Shown: one piece after another, positions 50,321 through 63,873 of the stretch
Layout: every line of letters starts with the position of its first letter
How positions within the stretch are numbered: the first letter of the stretch is position 1
Source of the DNA: Amoeboaphelidium protococcarum X5
Taxonomy: Eukaryota > Fungi > Aphelidiomycota
Assembly (NCBI GenBank): GCA_023515725.1
Contig: JALDTO010000213.1
Span: forward strand, 248,001-312,000
Reading direction: 5' to 3'
Length of the DNA stretch: 64,000 bases
Position numbers and translations under genes: made by a program
Notes under the pieces: generated by a model
What the model saw: only the letters and a program-made list of their open reading frames with translations
Database searches by the model: none
Told to the model about the DNA's origin: nothing

Positions 50321-52366
50321 ATGGAGCTGTTGAAGTTATCAGTTATTATATCGATCCTTCTCATAGTGATGGGGACGATGGCAATGCCTCCCAAGAGTAA
50401 GAAAAAGTCTACGAGGCGATAGTAAAAAGGAGGTCATTCTGATAGAAGCCCCACTAGTGATAAATACTAAGTTTACTTGAATAAAGACACGTTTAGATAC
50501 ATGGCGTCTGACAATCTTCTCCTGGCCACTTACAATCCCGATTATATTGATGATTAGTTGATGCAGAAACGCGTGCTGGATGGGTATATATACACTCACG
50601 AGTATGTAATCTCCTCGCTGAATTATTTAAAGCCTCTAATCAATCATGCAAACGAATTCCACCGAACCTTTCTAACTAGATGGTTGGCATTGTAAAAGGA
50701 AGCTTCTGATGCATATTTGTTACGCGCGCTTTAGCATGATTTGGCTTAAGAATTATTGTTATCAAGTTTGAGATAACCCTCCCTGCTAATTGCAATGTCT
50801 TTTTTCGACAAATCTTTGGAGGCTCTTTTGGATCGCCGCCTCTCCAAGGCCCATATTTATAATGTGATGGTCAATCTTGTCAGTAATTTGGGTTCGTCTT
50901 TGTCTTCCATGGAATCCACGCTTAGTTTATATCGCAGAGTCGCTGCTCTCTCGGCCAAGTAAATGAATAACCTGTCCCCAGAACAAAGATAGAGTAGCGA
51001 GTTTAAATAACATCATGCATACTGTTAAGTTTCTCAATTGTTCTTTGATTCATAGGAGTAGTTGATCAAGGTTCTACGTGGTATTGAGCTTTTTGACATT
51101 GATAGCGTGCGCTAATCTATCAGAAAGGCTGTTACAGCGTTAAGAGGAGAAGGCGCTAAATATCCAGAATTTTCCTAGACAGTTTTACTTAATGGAGAGT
51201 ATTTTATTAGCTTCCTGTAGCTATATTAGATTCTCTTCCCTATTGTGGCAGGGAATGATAAGTTTGTGGAATAGTTGCGTTTGGTATATAAGGATTCTCG
51301 GCGTTACTCGCCGTATCGGATATCACAGTAATAGATGCATCAGTATGAGAGCCCTCAAGATTTCGGGAAATTTCTCAAAAAAGTGTCCTCACAAAATTCT
51401 GAGTAGCTGTAATATTCCTATGAACGTATGACTGCAAAGCTAGATTAAGACTCTCAGGAGAGTGAATATATGCAGAAGATGGCTGAAGTACTAGGTATGC
51501 CATCTATTTTAGAATCAGTCTCCATTGCAGAAATAATCTCGCTAGGGCATGGTATTTTTAAAGAGTACTGCTTAAAAGCATTGCCTATGATTGAGCCGCT
51601 ATTGTAAGCTTACAGATTGCGGGAGTCTGATATTCCGCATGAGTTTGCAACTTTGCCGCTGGAATAGTCTTCACCTTGCTTATCCGTATCCAACATCCGT
51701 TAATCATTGCTCTGCTAAAGTGAGGATGGCACGCTCAGTAATCACATGAGTGAACTTGATCTATATAATACTGCAGATTCTGGTGATGCTCAACTGGAAG
51801 GTTTGCCTACAGAAATGGATGTTGTTCTAGATCCCGAATACAGAGATGAAATTGATTTTGATCTAAATACCGACAGTGAGGACTATGAGATTTAGTCTTA
51901 GGATGTTTAGCAGGCTGGTTTGCCTGGCGGTTCTTCTCATGATTCAGATAATAGTAAGGAAGTTGCTCCATTTAGAAATACTAGAAAAGAGGTTTGTGCT
52001 GAATGGTAAAACTTAAATAAGTATTAGTTTACAAGAACAGAATAATTGCATTCAGTAGAGAGTGTCATTTTCTCTGCAGATTAATTATTTACGCTATGCC
52101 AGATAACTGATGGTGCAACTAAAGGCGGGTATAATGTCAAGTACTAATAATTTCAGTCACTTCTGTCTGAGTTTAATGCGGTTGTAACTCCGTTGACTGG
52201 CAGTATTTCTCGCATCAGTGTTCCGATGATTGGGAAACATCCTTTGTCTATTCATGGTCCGCATTCAGGCAATGTCGAGTTGGGACGAAGAGTTATCAAA
52301 GGCGCTAGACGTGTGTTGGACTATTATGAGATTCTACCAGAGAATTTCTAGCCTTTACATGGCTGA
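50321..52366 (+). CDS. Putative secreted effector with C-terminal HicA-like domain, paralog C (~681 aa)
   Basis: MELLKLSVIISILLIVMGTMA|MPPKSKKKSTRR. Read through in full with no internal TGA. Same C-terminal domain. Confidence 0.82.
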
Positions 52367-52379
52367 AATGGATGTTTGA

Positions 52380-53215
52380 ATCAAGTTTTTAGTTGAAATT
52401 CTAATAATTATAGTTTTTAATGATTATTCCATAGTTTAAATCACTATTTTGATTATTGCGAAATTTAAGCTTTAGTAGACCTTTACGATGCACGATAACG
52501 AGCCAAATCCTTCTCCGACACACTAGGATTGACGATGCTCAGAGCGTGTATAAAATCAGCCATTGTGAGCACAACCTTTGTATACTCTTCAGCCTCCCCC
52601 CTTCACGTCAAGAAACTGATTTTAAAAATATTTTAAAGTGTACTAGGCATATTTTGCAATCGTTTATATGTATTAAAGTTATTTAAGAAAGAGGATCATT
52701 TTTTTCATTGTATCAGTACGCCACTACTGATAAAATAGGATCATCTTCAGTTTGGTACCAAATAAACGACATTATCAGACAATGGAGATGGTTTTATGGT
52801 GTTTGTAATCGGTGCCACTAATAGGATTGATCTCCTTGATCCATCCTTATTACGAACTGGTAGATTTGATAGACTGATACATTTGGGGACTGCAACTACC
52901 AGGGAGAGTCAGCTCAAGATTCTGCAAGCTCAAACACTAGAGTTGAGCTTGGATAATTCCGTAGATTTGCAGTAGGTTTGTAATAAAATACCGCTATCTA
53001 CATGGACTGGTGCTGACTTTAAAGCGTTGTGTAATGAAGCAGTTATGCGTGCAATTTCTCGGAATATCGAAAAGTTGGAGCGTGATATGTAAGGCTATGT
53101 GAACTTTAAGCAGCAACAGTCTGCAGCTGCACCTCATGGTATGATGAAGGGTAAATTGTCTATTCTGATGGCTATTCTGATGGCTAAGCTGAATAGTGCT
53201 GCGCATCATTAAATT
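52380..53215. pseudogene. Rearranged duplicate of the PEX6 3' end
   Basis: 52380-52621 is a direct copy of ~60505-60747. 52773-53215 is an inverted copy of ~60755-61185 ([25 protein letters not shown]). Confidence 0.88.
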
Positions 53216-53411
53216 TATCATAGGCGCTTTTTAAAACCTCACGGACAACAGCTCAAGTGGTTATATGCGTTGATGTGCAAGATCTGAATTAAAATCTGCG
53301 GTAAACACCGTCTGCTTGATTTCTAACGACCATTGAAATAAAAAAGCTACGCTATAAACACTAAGCCGAGCAACTCTGCCCAACAAGTCAAACTAAATAT
53401 ACTAATTAAAA

Positions 53412-54095
53412 TCAACCCGACGAATCACTCAAAGCATCTTTGACGTCGACCTTCTCACCTTGATACAACCTGAGAACAAGATTTTCAACAAGAGAAGCCG
53501 CTTCGTTGTAGTGTTTATGTTCCAACACTACACGCAAACTGCCACCTTCCACAATCAATTTATCATGCAAACGCCGGTTGACCTCGCTGTTGAGACTAAT
53601 AAGAAAAACCCATTCCTGCTCGGAAAGGCATTCTTTGATCACGTCTTTCTCCACCTGTCCGTTTGCTCGGTTGTTAAAATAATCACGGACATCGTCCTCG
53701 TCCCTGAATCCGGCAGCCTTCTTCAAATCGCCAAACGACGGCTTACGGGCATAAACACAATCGAATTGAAAACGTTCCCACATCTTAATCGCCACATCCG
53801 ACAACAACAATCTCTCGTCCTAAATAGCAACGTCCACCTTGTATCCCTTACGTCTAGTATCCGCCTTCTTCACTGTATGAGCATTTTAAGATAAGATTAT
53901 CTGGACGTAATCTCTCCTTCTGTCCTTTAATTCAGCAAGCTTTTCCCTCAGTAGCTCCCAGTCGGCTTTCTCATCATCAGTTGCGTTCTTAACAAAATAT
54001 ACGCTGTTCTTCTTGGCCAACGTCTTGTATTCTTAACTGTTCTCTAATGCCTTGATTTCTTATTCAACAGCGTCAAGCTTGCTATCGTAATCCAT
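53412..54095 (-). CDS. Hypothetical protein (~227 aa), N-terminal coiled coil
   Basis: ATG 54095 (MDYDSKLDAVEQEIKALE) is in frame with track ORF 53412-53810; TGA 53412. Confidence 0.6.
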
Positions 54096-54817
54096 GATAT
54101 TTTTTCGCTGATTTCGAAAAGAGACAAAGGCAGAGAATACTTACTGCGTGGCGATGCGAAACGCGTCGACAGACCCAAAGTCGCGACTTGCCATAAAGGA
54201 AATTCCATACTGGTGTTAGCGGAATCAATCACGATAATGACTAATGAAGTTATAATTCGCACTAGAAGTCAAATGAAATCATTCAATATCCAGGTAACTT
54301 TTGTGCGCTCTTGCTAAGCCCATAATTGTAGCTTACTTAGAATTTGAGCTCAATCTGATTCTTGATATTGACTCTAATATTCGGGTCGATGCTCATCGCA
54401 AATGAGACAACGTAGTACTTGTGTGAGATTTTAACTTGCCATTATATTGCGATGATAAGACTTGTGGCACTTTCTGCACTACTTAACTTTCATTTTAAAG
54501 CTCTCACAAACATGGCTATAACATGGCGCCATTAAAGAAGCGAGGTACTCATTGAAAAGATAACAGAATAGTCTAAAGACTTCATCTTCTGCACATAGTG
54601 ACGCTAAATGAGAGATAAGTAGTTTATTTACTGTCAATTTATAATTCTTATATTCAATTGTTTGTGATCAGAAATCAACTTGAAGTCCGAGGTGTTTCAC
54701 CAATTTATACATATCAATTTAGTGCTCTCAACAGGAAAATCTGAGATAGTATATTCATTCTAATTATTTTATTTCAAATTACACACCAACACTTCCCTAG
54801 AGAGAGAAAATCCACTC

Positions 54818-56041
54818 CATTGTAAGCTTACTAATTGCGGGAGTCTGATATTCCGCATGAGTTTGCAACTTTACAGCTGGAACAGTCTTCTCGCTGCTTA
54901 TCCGTATCCAATACCCGTTAATCATTGCTCTGCTAAAGTGAGGATGGCACGCTCAGTAGTCGCATAAGTGAACTTGATCTACATAATACTGCAGATTCTG
55001 GTGATGCTCAACTGGAAGGTTTGCCTACAGAAATCGATGTTGTTCTCGATCCCGAATACAGAGATGAAGTTGATATTGAATGCGCCACTGTCGGTGGCTG
55101 GAAAGTTGTTGTTAAGAAGGGAGAGTTCAGCTAAGGGAGTTTGGCCGTATTCTTTGAGATTGATAGCTGGATCCCTTATGAATTGGCCCCGTACTTGTGC
55201 AAAGGTAAAGAGCCTCGTGAATTTGAAGGCGTAAAAGGTGAACGTCTGCGTACAGTTAAGCTTCGCGGTCAATTGAGCCAAGGACTTTTGATACCATGCA
55301 ATCAAGTGCTTAAAGACAGTGAATGGCACGTGGGAGATGATGTCACAGACCTGTTAGGCATAAAGAAGTGGGAACGTCCTGTTCGTGAATACACTGGCGG
55401 TGATAACAACCAACAACCTCTGAAAAGTTTCCCATCTGCTATTCCCAAGACTGATCAAGAGCGTGTGTAGAATATAATGCAGGAGATTGAATCTGCAAGA
55501 TAGGTTGGTATACAATTTAAAATTACGGAAAAGTTGGAGGGTAGCAGCATGACTTGCTATCTACTTGCTGGCAAATTTGGTGTCTGTAGTCGCAATTGTG
55601 ATTTAGATGAGCGATCCCTTTTGGCAGACTGCACGCAATTATGGTATTGAAGACAAGATGCGCTCTACTACGTCAATGGGTGATTTTGCTATTCAAGGAG
55701 AGTTGATCGGTCCAAAAATTCAAGGCAACATTTATAAACTTGAGGCTTCGGAATTCAATGTATTCGATGTTTATAACATACAAGACGCGTCATATCTGCG
55801 TCCTGCTGATCGTCGTTAACTGATCTAAAAGATGGGATTGAAACATGTGCCAGTTAGTTGCCAAACTGAGAGCATTCAGAATATTAGTGCTAATTTTGAC
55901 GAATTACTGAAGTTTGCTGAAGGTAAAAGTGTCATCAGTAAGACGGGAAGTTGTGAGCGTGAGGGTATTGTATTCAAGTAGGTGGACGGTGATATGACTT
56001 TCAAGGTGATCAGTAACAGGTATCTTCTCAAGGAAAAGTGA
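54818..56041 (+). pseudogene. Chimeric pseudogene: internal fragment of a HicA-effector gene fused in frame to a 5'-truncated, frameshifted RNA ligase copy
   Basis: 54818-55074 matches 51600-51856. From 55075 the sequence is the reverse complement of the ligase (IECATVGGW...). An 8-nt deletion near 55610 shifts the frame, and there is no upstream ATG. Confidence 0.85.
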
Positions 56042-56337
56042 TGATCATGGTGATTATAGAGTATGTTGAAAGGTGATTTAAAAGCTATAGAATGTGATAG
56101 ATCGAGCCATTCCATTCTTCACTACCGATAAGTTTCGCGATCGTTTCATACAACACCACTCATGTATACGCTCAATCTTGATTTTATTTGGTTCATATTG
56201 GCAATACTTCAAGTAATTCACAGAAGAATTATGAAATGTATTTTCAATAATTCATTTTAGTAGTTTTAGGGGCAGAGAGAGGGAGAGGGAGAGACATAGA
56301 GACATCGAGCCAAAAGATGAAAGATCTGGCAGTTTGA

Positions 56338-57003
56338 TCAGATTTTGGTGATGCTACCGATATACTCCAATAGAGCTATTCTCATGCGATGTTCTGCTAC
56401 ATCCTCTTCCAAGTCCTCAAAGTCCAAACCGTAGAATGCCATTAAATCACGCAACTAATCTACCGTTAACTGATTAATAGCGCTTACACTGGTTAACGCA
56501 GGCAAACCAGCATCGGTTGGTAAATGGGGGATGCCGTTAACATTGACCGGAACCTACTCATAAGGAGAATAGAATCCATCACCACGAGTACCATTGATTA
56601 ACTTCTTTACATTCACGTCCATCTGAATGAATTAAGCATTAGACGCAGCACGCAATTCAGCACCCGACTCACGAATCTCAGCACGCAATTCACGAATCTG
56701 TTGCGGCAATTGAAGTAATGGCAGCATATAAGGAGGGGCTCCTCCAATATCACCAGCAGCCTCAGGGAAGAACAACGGCACAGTCTCCGCTTCAATCAGA
56801 CGATTTCTTATCTTGGCTCTCGCCAGAGTAGCATCATCAACCTCATTCAGCGTTCTCTTGGCTTCAATTAACTTCAAATCATTCGAGGCAGCAACAGCAT
56901 GGTTCACACTAACAACTTGACCTCTTTACAACGGTCCGGATAGTTGAACGTTCGGTACATTCAAGGATGGTAAATTCATAGAGTAAGTAGGAGCATTCAT
57001 CAT
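56338..57003 (-). CDS. Mug135-like protein, copy 2 (~221 aa)
   Basis: Inverted, near-identical copy of 35873-36538 with the same length and an intact frame. Confidence 0.65.
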
Positions 57004-57640
57004 GCTGGAAGAATAAAATGTGCACAAATCAAGTAAGGATGTACAGTAAAGTGAAAAAGATGAAGATTGAGCCACGAAGATTATGGAACAATTTTAACTT
57101 CGTTTCAGACGTCCTTGTTTCAGATCGCGTATACTGTACATGAGCGAGCCAGAATATCAACCTCCAATGTTAAAGTTTAAATGGCGTACGCTAATTAAAA
57201 ATTCGGCGATAAACATAGCAAATCTAACATCTTCAACATTCAAGCTTTAGCTGAGAGATTGCGGCTATATCCTGGACCTCACTTCATTTTCGAATCCTAC
57301 CACCTGGTTGAGTATGGCGATGTTGATCAACAATATCCATTATCTCACTATCAACTTCACATGCATCCCATTCTCTAGATACGGGTTTGAGCCTAATTTA
57401 AAAATTATTTGCCAAGGCTTTATACTAATGAGTAATTGTAAAATACTCATACTTCCACACACTATATTTTCCTCATGATCCAGATATCTGATTGGGAAAG
57501 GAATGCTATTTTTGGTCGATATAAATGCATAACGAGCGCATTCGCGGCGAGTATGATATAATTGTGGGATTTTTTCTCCTTATCATCACTCTTATCTACT
57601 CAAGATTTTTTTAGTATAAAGAGAGAGATAATCCTGTACT

Positions 57641-60364
57641 ATGATAAGCTTTTGGTGTATATTGCTGCCTCTCCTTTTGCCGTAACTCTCCCTGGCTGCG
57701 GTAACCAGATACTATGATGTCCTTAGAACAATCACCGGTGTTAGGCTGAGCTCTGATGGTAGTATCTGGATGTCAGGCTCCAAGAATGGTCTTTACGGGC
57801 TGTACAATTTCGCCCCTGCCACTCAAACCGGTATCCGCACAATAACATTTGGTCAAGGTACAGGCAATGAACTTTCTGCGCTCAGCATTGACACTGCTAC
57901 TCAAGAAATTTACGCAATTGGCTCGTGCACAATAGCTTTCAATGGTCAAACACTAATTGGTGGTGGTGATGCCACTCTGGTCAAGTTAAATCGCGTCGGT
58001 GCCGTGATTTGGGCCATGATATTTGGCTCATAGTATCTGGATGTCCCCAATTCTGTCTTTGTGGATTCTTACAACTAGGTTGTGTATGTCGCTGGCTATA
58101 CTAATGGTAAGATAAATAATGGTCCCGATACTTACTCTGCCTAATCTTAGTGTTTCCTTGCCAAGTATAGAGCTGATAGCTCTCATGTCTGGACCATCTA
58201 AAAGGCTGCAACGGGTGGCTGCGAGTTCAGATCTGTTGTTGTGTCTAAAGCCGAGAATGGATATGTTTACGTTGGTGGTGTCATCGATGGTTTTTATGCC
58301 TACTTTGGAGTCTATTCTCCAATCAACGGTCAACTGGTATCTGAATACTCTGCTAATGTTGAGTCTGGGTTCAATGCCATCGCTCTCAATCTAGCGCAAG
58401 ACAAGGTGTTTGCAGCAGGTTACACCCGTGATTCAATTGATGGACAACCAACTTATGGAGGCTTAGATTTCTGGCTAACTTCATTTAGCTCAAGTGGCTC
58501 TAGGATTTCGTCAAGTATGATTTATGGCTCTCCTGAGGACGATGTATTGGAGGCTATAGATGTCGATTTCTTCTCTGGTAAAGTGTGGGTATCTGGATGG
58601 ACTAAATACTTGCTGATTTCTGAAGGTTATTTCACTTTTGAACAGCTTGGTGCCATTACGAAAGATGCTTATTTTGTAGAGATTAATCCCGATAATTTTG
58701 CGCGTGGCCTATCATAGGTGTTATATACTATTGGTGGTCTTTGGGATGATATTGGCAAAGGAATAGTAGTTGATGGGTTAGGACTCGTTAATGTTGCCCA
58801 TGTTTTATCTGTTGACGTGTATGGTTTTGGCGATTTGCAAGTAGAAAATGCATATTAAAGACCATTCTAGGCTATGGTGACTACTGCTACTAAGAAGATT
58901 ACAACGACCACAACTACGACCACAACTACGACTACGACTACAACGACAACGACGACTACCACCACATCAACCACAACGACTACCACCTCAACGACTACGA
59001 CGACAACTACGACCACGACAACAACTACTACTCCTACCACAACGACTACCACCACTACGACAACGACTACTACTACTACTACTACTACTCCTACTACAAC
59101 GACTACCACCACTACAACTACTACTACTACTCCTACCACAACGACTACGATTGCTCTTACCATCACTGTCACTACTACTCCAACCGCATTTGCAGCTTCT
59201 GCTACCAACTCGGTGCTTACCTCCGGTGTCAAAGTTGGAACGTCTTCGTCTAAATCGTTCACTCACTCCTTAATTATCTTTGAATGTCCAAACTGCGGGC
59301 CTCTGGGTGATGGCGCAGAGATAAGCACCAGTTCACAAGAATTGCGGAATTTTGTGCAACCTGCGAATTAGAATCCTAGTGGCTAATTAGCTGTTTAAGC
59401 ACTGAGCATTTTGGCGTACATTGTCATCGCTCTTGCATCTATCGCAGGCAGTCTCTTGATGCTGAGACGTTACGGTCGCTAAAGACCCAAGGGAACTTTT
59501 ACCACAACGTCAGGTGGTAACACTACCAACTAGCAGTTCACTACATCCGTGTTTGGTACAGCTATGCAGACGTAAACCACTTCACTGCCCACTAATTATG
59601 CTATTTACATCCCAGCGTTCTTGAAATTTAACTATGGCGTTGACATTTAAATTTTAAAACAGATTGCTGCTGGTGGAATGTCCAAGATTTATTTGGCTCG
59701 TCCTCTTGCTCCATAGTTGGTATAGAACGTATCTGCTGAAGTAGTGGTTGCAAAGGTTGGCACTCACCCATTTACGCAGATGTAGGCTAGTGAAAAGCAG
59801 TCTTTCTACCAAGAACTTAGTTTGCTTTACAAGTTTAGGAATGTTCCGTATATTACAAAGTTGCATGGCTTCTGTGATACAAACGAAGCTGTGATGCTGA
59901 TCAAGTACTATCCACTTGGCGCTTTAGCTGAGTATGTATTAGGTGAAAGCTCCACGTCGCAAATGTATCCGCTGTCCAAGAATCAGATGCATAAGCTGAT
60001 CCTTATTTTGTCGCAGACGATTGCTTATATGCATAGTTAAGGTATAGTTCACTGTGATCTTAAGCCACAGAATGTGCTCTTGGATGTGGATGAGAATGGC
60101 TGGCTAGTCCCTATACTGTCTGATCTAGGAATTTCTGCTATCACGGACGATAGTGCGCTCTTGGTGACTGCTTTCGAGGTTAGCTAGTAGCGTGGTCTGT
60201 CTCTATCGTACGCTGCACCAGAACTATTCACAAGGTTCAGAATGCGCTTCACCGAAACTTCTCCGTATATTTTGAAATCAGGTGATGTGTTTGCTCTGTC
60301 CATAATGATGCTCAATTTGATGACTCGCGTTAAGCCTTGGTCTATCTAGCAGCGCTAGTGGTGA
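57641..60364 (+). CDS. Receptor-like kinase, copy 2 (~907 aa)
   Basis: Inverted copy of 32274-35234 with a shorter stalk. TGA 60362-60364. Confidence 0.85.
58890..59185 (+). repeat. Thr/Pro low-complexity tract
   Basis: (acn)n tract in receptor kinase copy 2. Confidence 0.95.
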
Positions 60365-60564
60365 ATGAAGTGATATGCAAGATGATATTGATGAATCAAT
60401 AAAACACAGGTAAATAGGTTGAAAGTTAAAAAAAATGAGAATGAATTACAGATAAATCGGTTTAAAATATTTTTTGCCGTTATATGGGTGAAATGAATTA
60501 TTGAATCAAGCTTTAAGTTGAATTCTAATGATATAGCATCGTGATTATTCTTACATAGTGTTAG

Positions 60565-63500
60565 TCACTATTCAGATTACTACAAAATTTGAGCTTTAGT
60601 AGACCTTTACGATGCACGATAGCGAGCCAAATCCTTCTCTGACACACTAGGATTGACGATACCCAGAGCGTGTATAAAGTCGGCCATAGTGAGCACAATC
60701 TTTGTATAGTCCTCAGCTTCCTACTTCTTCATATCAAGAAACTGATTAGGACTTATTTAATGATGCGCTGCACCATTTCGTTTAGCCATCAGATTAGACA
60801 ATTTACCCTTCATCAACCCAAGGGGTGCAGCTGCAGACTGCTGCTGCTTAAAATTCACATAACCTTACATATCACGCTCCAACTTTTCAATATTCCGAGA
60901 TACTGCACGCATAACTGCTTCATTACACAACGCTTTAAAGTCAGCACCAGTCCATGTAGACAGCGGTATCTAATTACAAACTTACTGCAAATCTACGGAA
61001 TCATCCAAGTTCAACTTTCGTGTTTGAGCTTGCAGAATCTTGAGCTGGCTCTCCCTAGTAGTTGCAGTCTCCAAATAAATCAATCTATCAAATCTACCAG
61101 TTCGTAATAAGGACGGATCAAGGAGATCAATCCTATTAGTGGCACCAATTACAAACACCATAGCACCATCACCATTGTCTGATGATGATTACTACTACTA
61201 AATACCATCCATCTCAGCCAGCAGTTAACTTACCACTCTACTCATAACACCTTCAGACTCGCGACGAGGAGCCATAGCATCCAGCTCATCCATGAAAATG
61301 ATAGTTCGCTTACCTTTACGAGCTTTAGCAAATAGATCACGTACATTTTTCTCCGTCTCACCGACGTACATATTCATCAGCTCTGGTCCCTTGACAGAGA
61401 GAAAATTGCATCTGAGCTCATTAGCAATAGCCTTGGCAAGCAGACTCTTTCCAGATCCCGGAGATCCATAAAATAATAGACCAGTTCTCTGCAAATGTTA
61501 TCGCTTACTACTCAAACTGCCATCACCTTGGCCAGAAAATGTCGACTATTCAGAAATGTTCATCTACTATTACTGCTACTATCTCATAGGGAGAATTATA
61601 CTATCATAAATCTCCTACTTGGCCTCTTCCAAACCACCAACATCATCAAACGAGACATCAGGTATAGCAGAGAGGGCAAACTTTGTTCCCAACTAGCTCA
61701 ACTTCTGATACTCTAACATCTCATTGATGAATTGCTCATGATCCAAAAGCTTTGACGAGAAGCCGGATGATGATGATGATGTCGCATACTTGACAAGCAT
61801 CATGTCATGTATATCCGTTAGTTCGCGATACGATAGAGAATCCAACTCGGCCACCGCACGACCAAAGTCAACATCAGACGCACAAAAAGGCGTAAATAAT
61901 TATTCTAGAGTAGAGATATGATTGCGACGATCCCAGTTCTTTATTGCCACCTCTTCCTAAAATAATCTTCTCACATTCTTAGACAGGTTGGATCTGGATG
62001 AAGTACTAGCGATGAAAACAATCGGCAATCCAGTCATCACGATAGCCTCAGTGTGAGCGCGATTTATGTTATCCATAATCGCTTTACACAGCATCTTCTC
62101 CTCTCGCTGGATAAGAGAACTTTAATCCTATTCCTCCATCAGGCCGGCCGGTTTGATAGACAAGCCATGAATGTCCTACAGGTATATCACGCATGGAGCC
62201 ATCAGGCCAGCTCCCATTATCGCTTACTGCATATAAGTAATCATATCTGCAGTACTAAATCCATTCAATTCATGTGCAGACACATTCAGCACTTTGTAGC
62301 CGGCCAGAGAGCACACGCATTACACCCACTACTCTATTGGAATGTCTTCTTCACAATCAATTAAAATGTTGCATGGCTACAACAAATTCGCCTTAATCAA
62401 TCGCAACACTTACTAAGAGGCGACTTGGTTGTAATTTAACAATAAATGCGGGATATAACTGTCCGTAAGTGGTAAAAGTGAATATCCATTCTCGTTATCA
62501 ATTTCCACTTTAGTATTGACGGGATCCACTAAAAATTAATCTGTACTATCCAAATCCACACCAGCGCCATTAATCGACTTGACGATAAACGATAAAGAGA
62601 GAATGCGATCTCCACCTTGACTGACTGGCGAATCTTTATCATCATACAAAGTATAATAATCCACAGGCACCTAGAGCAAATCCCCAGGAGCTATTGCACT
62701 TTATGAAAGCCCGAAATAACGCTTCAATGCCATGTTTCTAACCTCATAAAAGCGCTAAATCTTGATTTATTTATCCAATGGCTGACCCATCTCAAACTCG
62801 AAATCTTCAGGCGTAACAATCATCTGCACTTTAATCTCTTGCGCAACAGATGGTGTATTCGATTGATCTTTATCAGCGGACAATTTTTCAATCTTGACAC
62901 AATCCACCGAATCTCTAGGCAACTTTAAATAGGCATACAAGTAAGGATGTGCGACAATCTAATTAGCAAGACCATCCAGTTCAATCAATTTAACTTACAC
63001 CACGCGCTTCCTATCTCCATACTTCACAATAATCTTACTCCCACTGAGTATGTCTTACTTAATGAGCATATCTAAAGACATTAGAACGGTGTTGACGTCT
63101 GCATTATTCGTAATTTCACAGAATTGCTAGTTGGATAGCTGATACGCCATAGCTAAGCCTTTGTTCACTTTGCCACGATGCTTAGGTAGTTGATAATTAA
63201 CATCAGAATCGCGTTATAACACTTCAACGACCGTTTATTTGGAATTAATCGACCCACAGCGCTAAGGATAAGTAAAAACCGTCTTGAATGCAAGTACTTC
63301 ACCATGTTCGTCAATGTAATGATAAACACCATTTTGACTTATCCATCGCCCATCAAGTATCTGCTATATTTACTACTCTGACACTTATTCAGTTAATTCT
63401 CCAACCAGCATTTAGACCACTACTTCACTTAACTACTAATCTAAAACTTTATTCTCCGCCATTCCATTGTCTAAACTAGATACGGTGCATTTGACGCGTT

Positions 63501-63873
63501 TCTTGACCATTTCAAATTAGTTTTCACCATCAGACTGAGTTGTGCTATTACTTGGTAATTCACCACCACCAATTCTAACAGAATTACCACTTAAACTCTC
63601 GTCCGTCTTTATAACATTGAATACCATCTCCACAGACTATTTCTTTAGATTGCATAAAGGTAACGGCTTTTCATTAATGGGGAAATCCAATGCAACAATG
63701 TCGTCATATTAGACAACAAGCTGTTAACAATCTCCATACTTTTCCATCAGATCACACGAAAGATATAAGACTTGAGACTTTTCTAGATTTAGAGTGTTTA
63801 CACCATCATCCACCTGACATAATTGTAATTCGAGATCTGCAGTTACACGATTCTTATGCACCTTACGCGACAT
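60565..63873 (-). CDS. PEX6: Peroxisomal AAA ATPase Pex6 (~1102 aa)
   Basis: [86 protein letters not shown] 63873 and TGA 60565 are in the same frame. Confidence 0.85.

Larger units (their letters stand above)
55075..60470. repeat. Right arm of ~5.5 kb inverted segmental duplication
   Basis: Reverse-complement match to 32170-37801. Confidence 0.95.
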
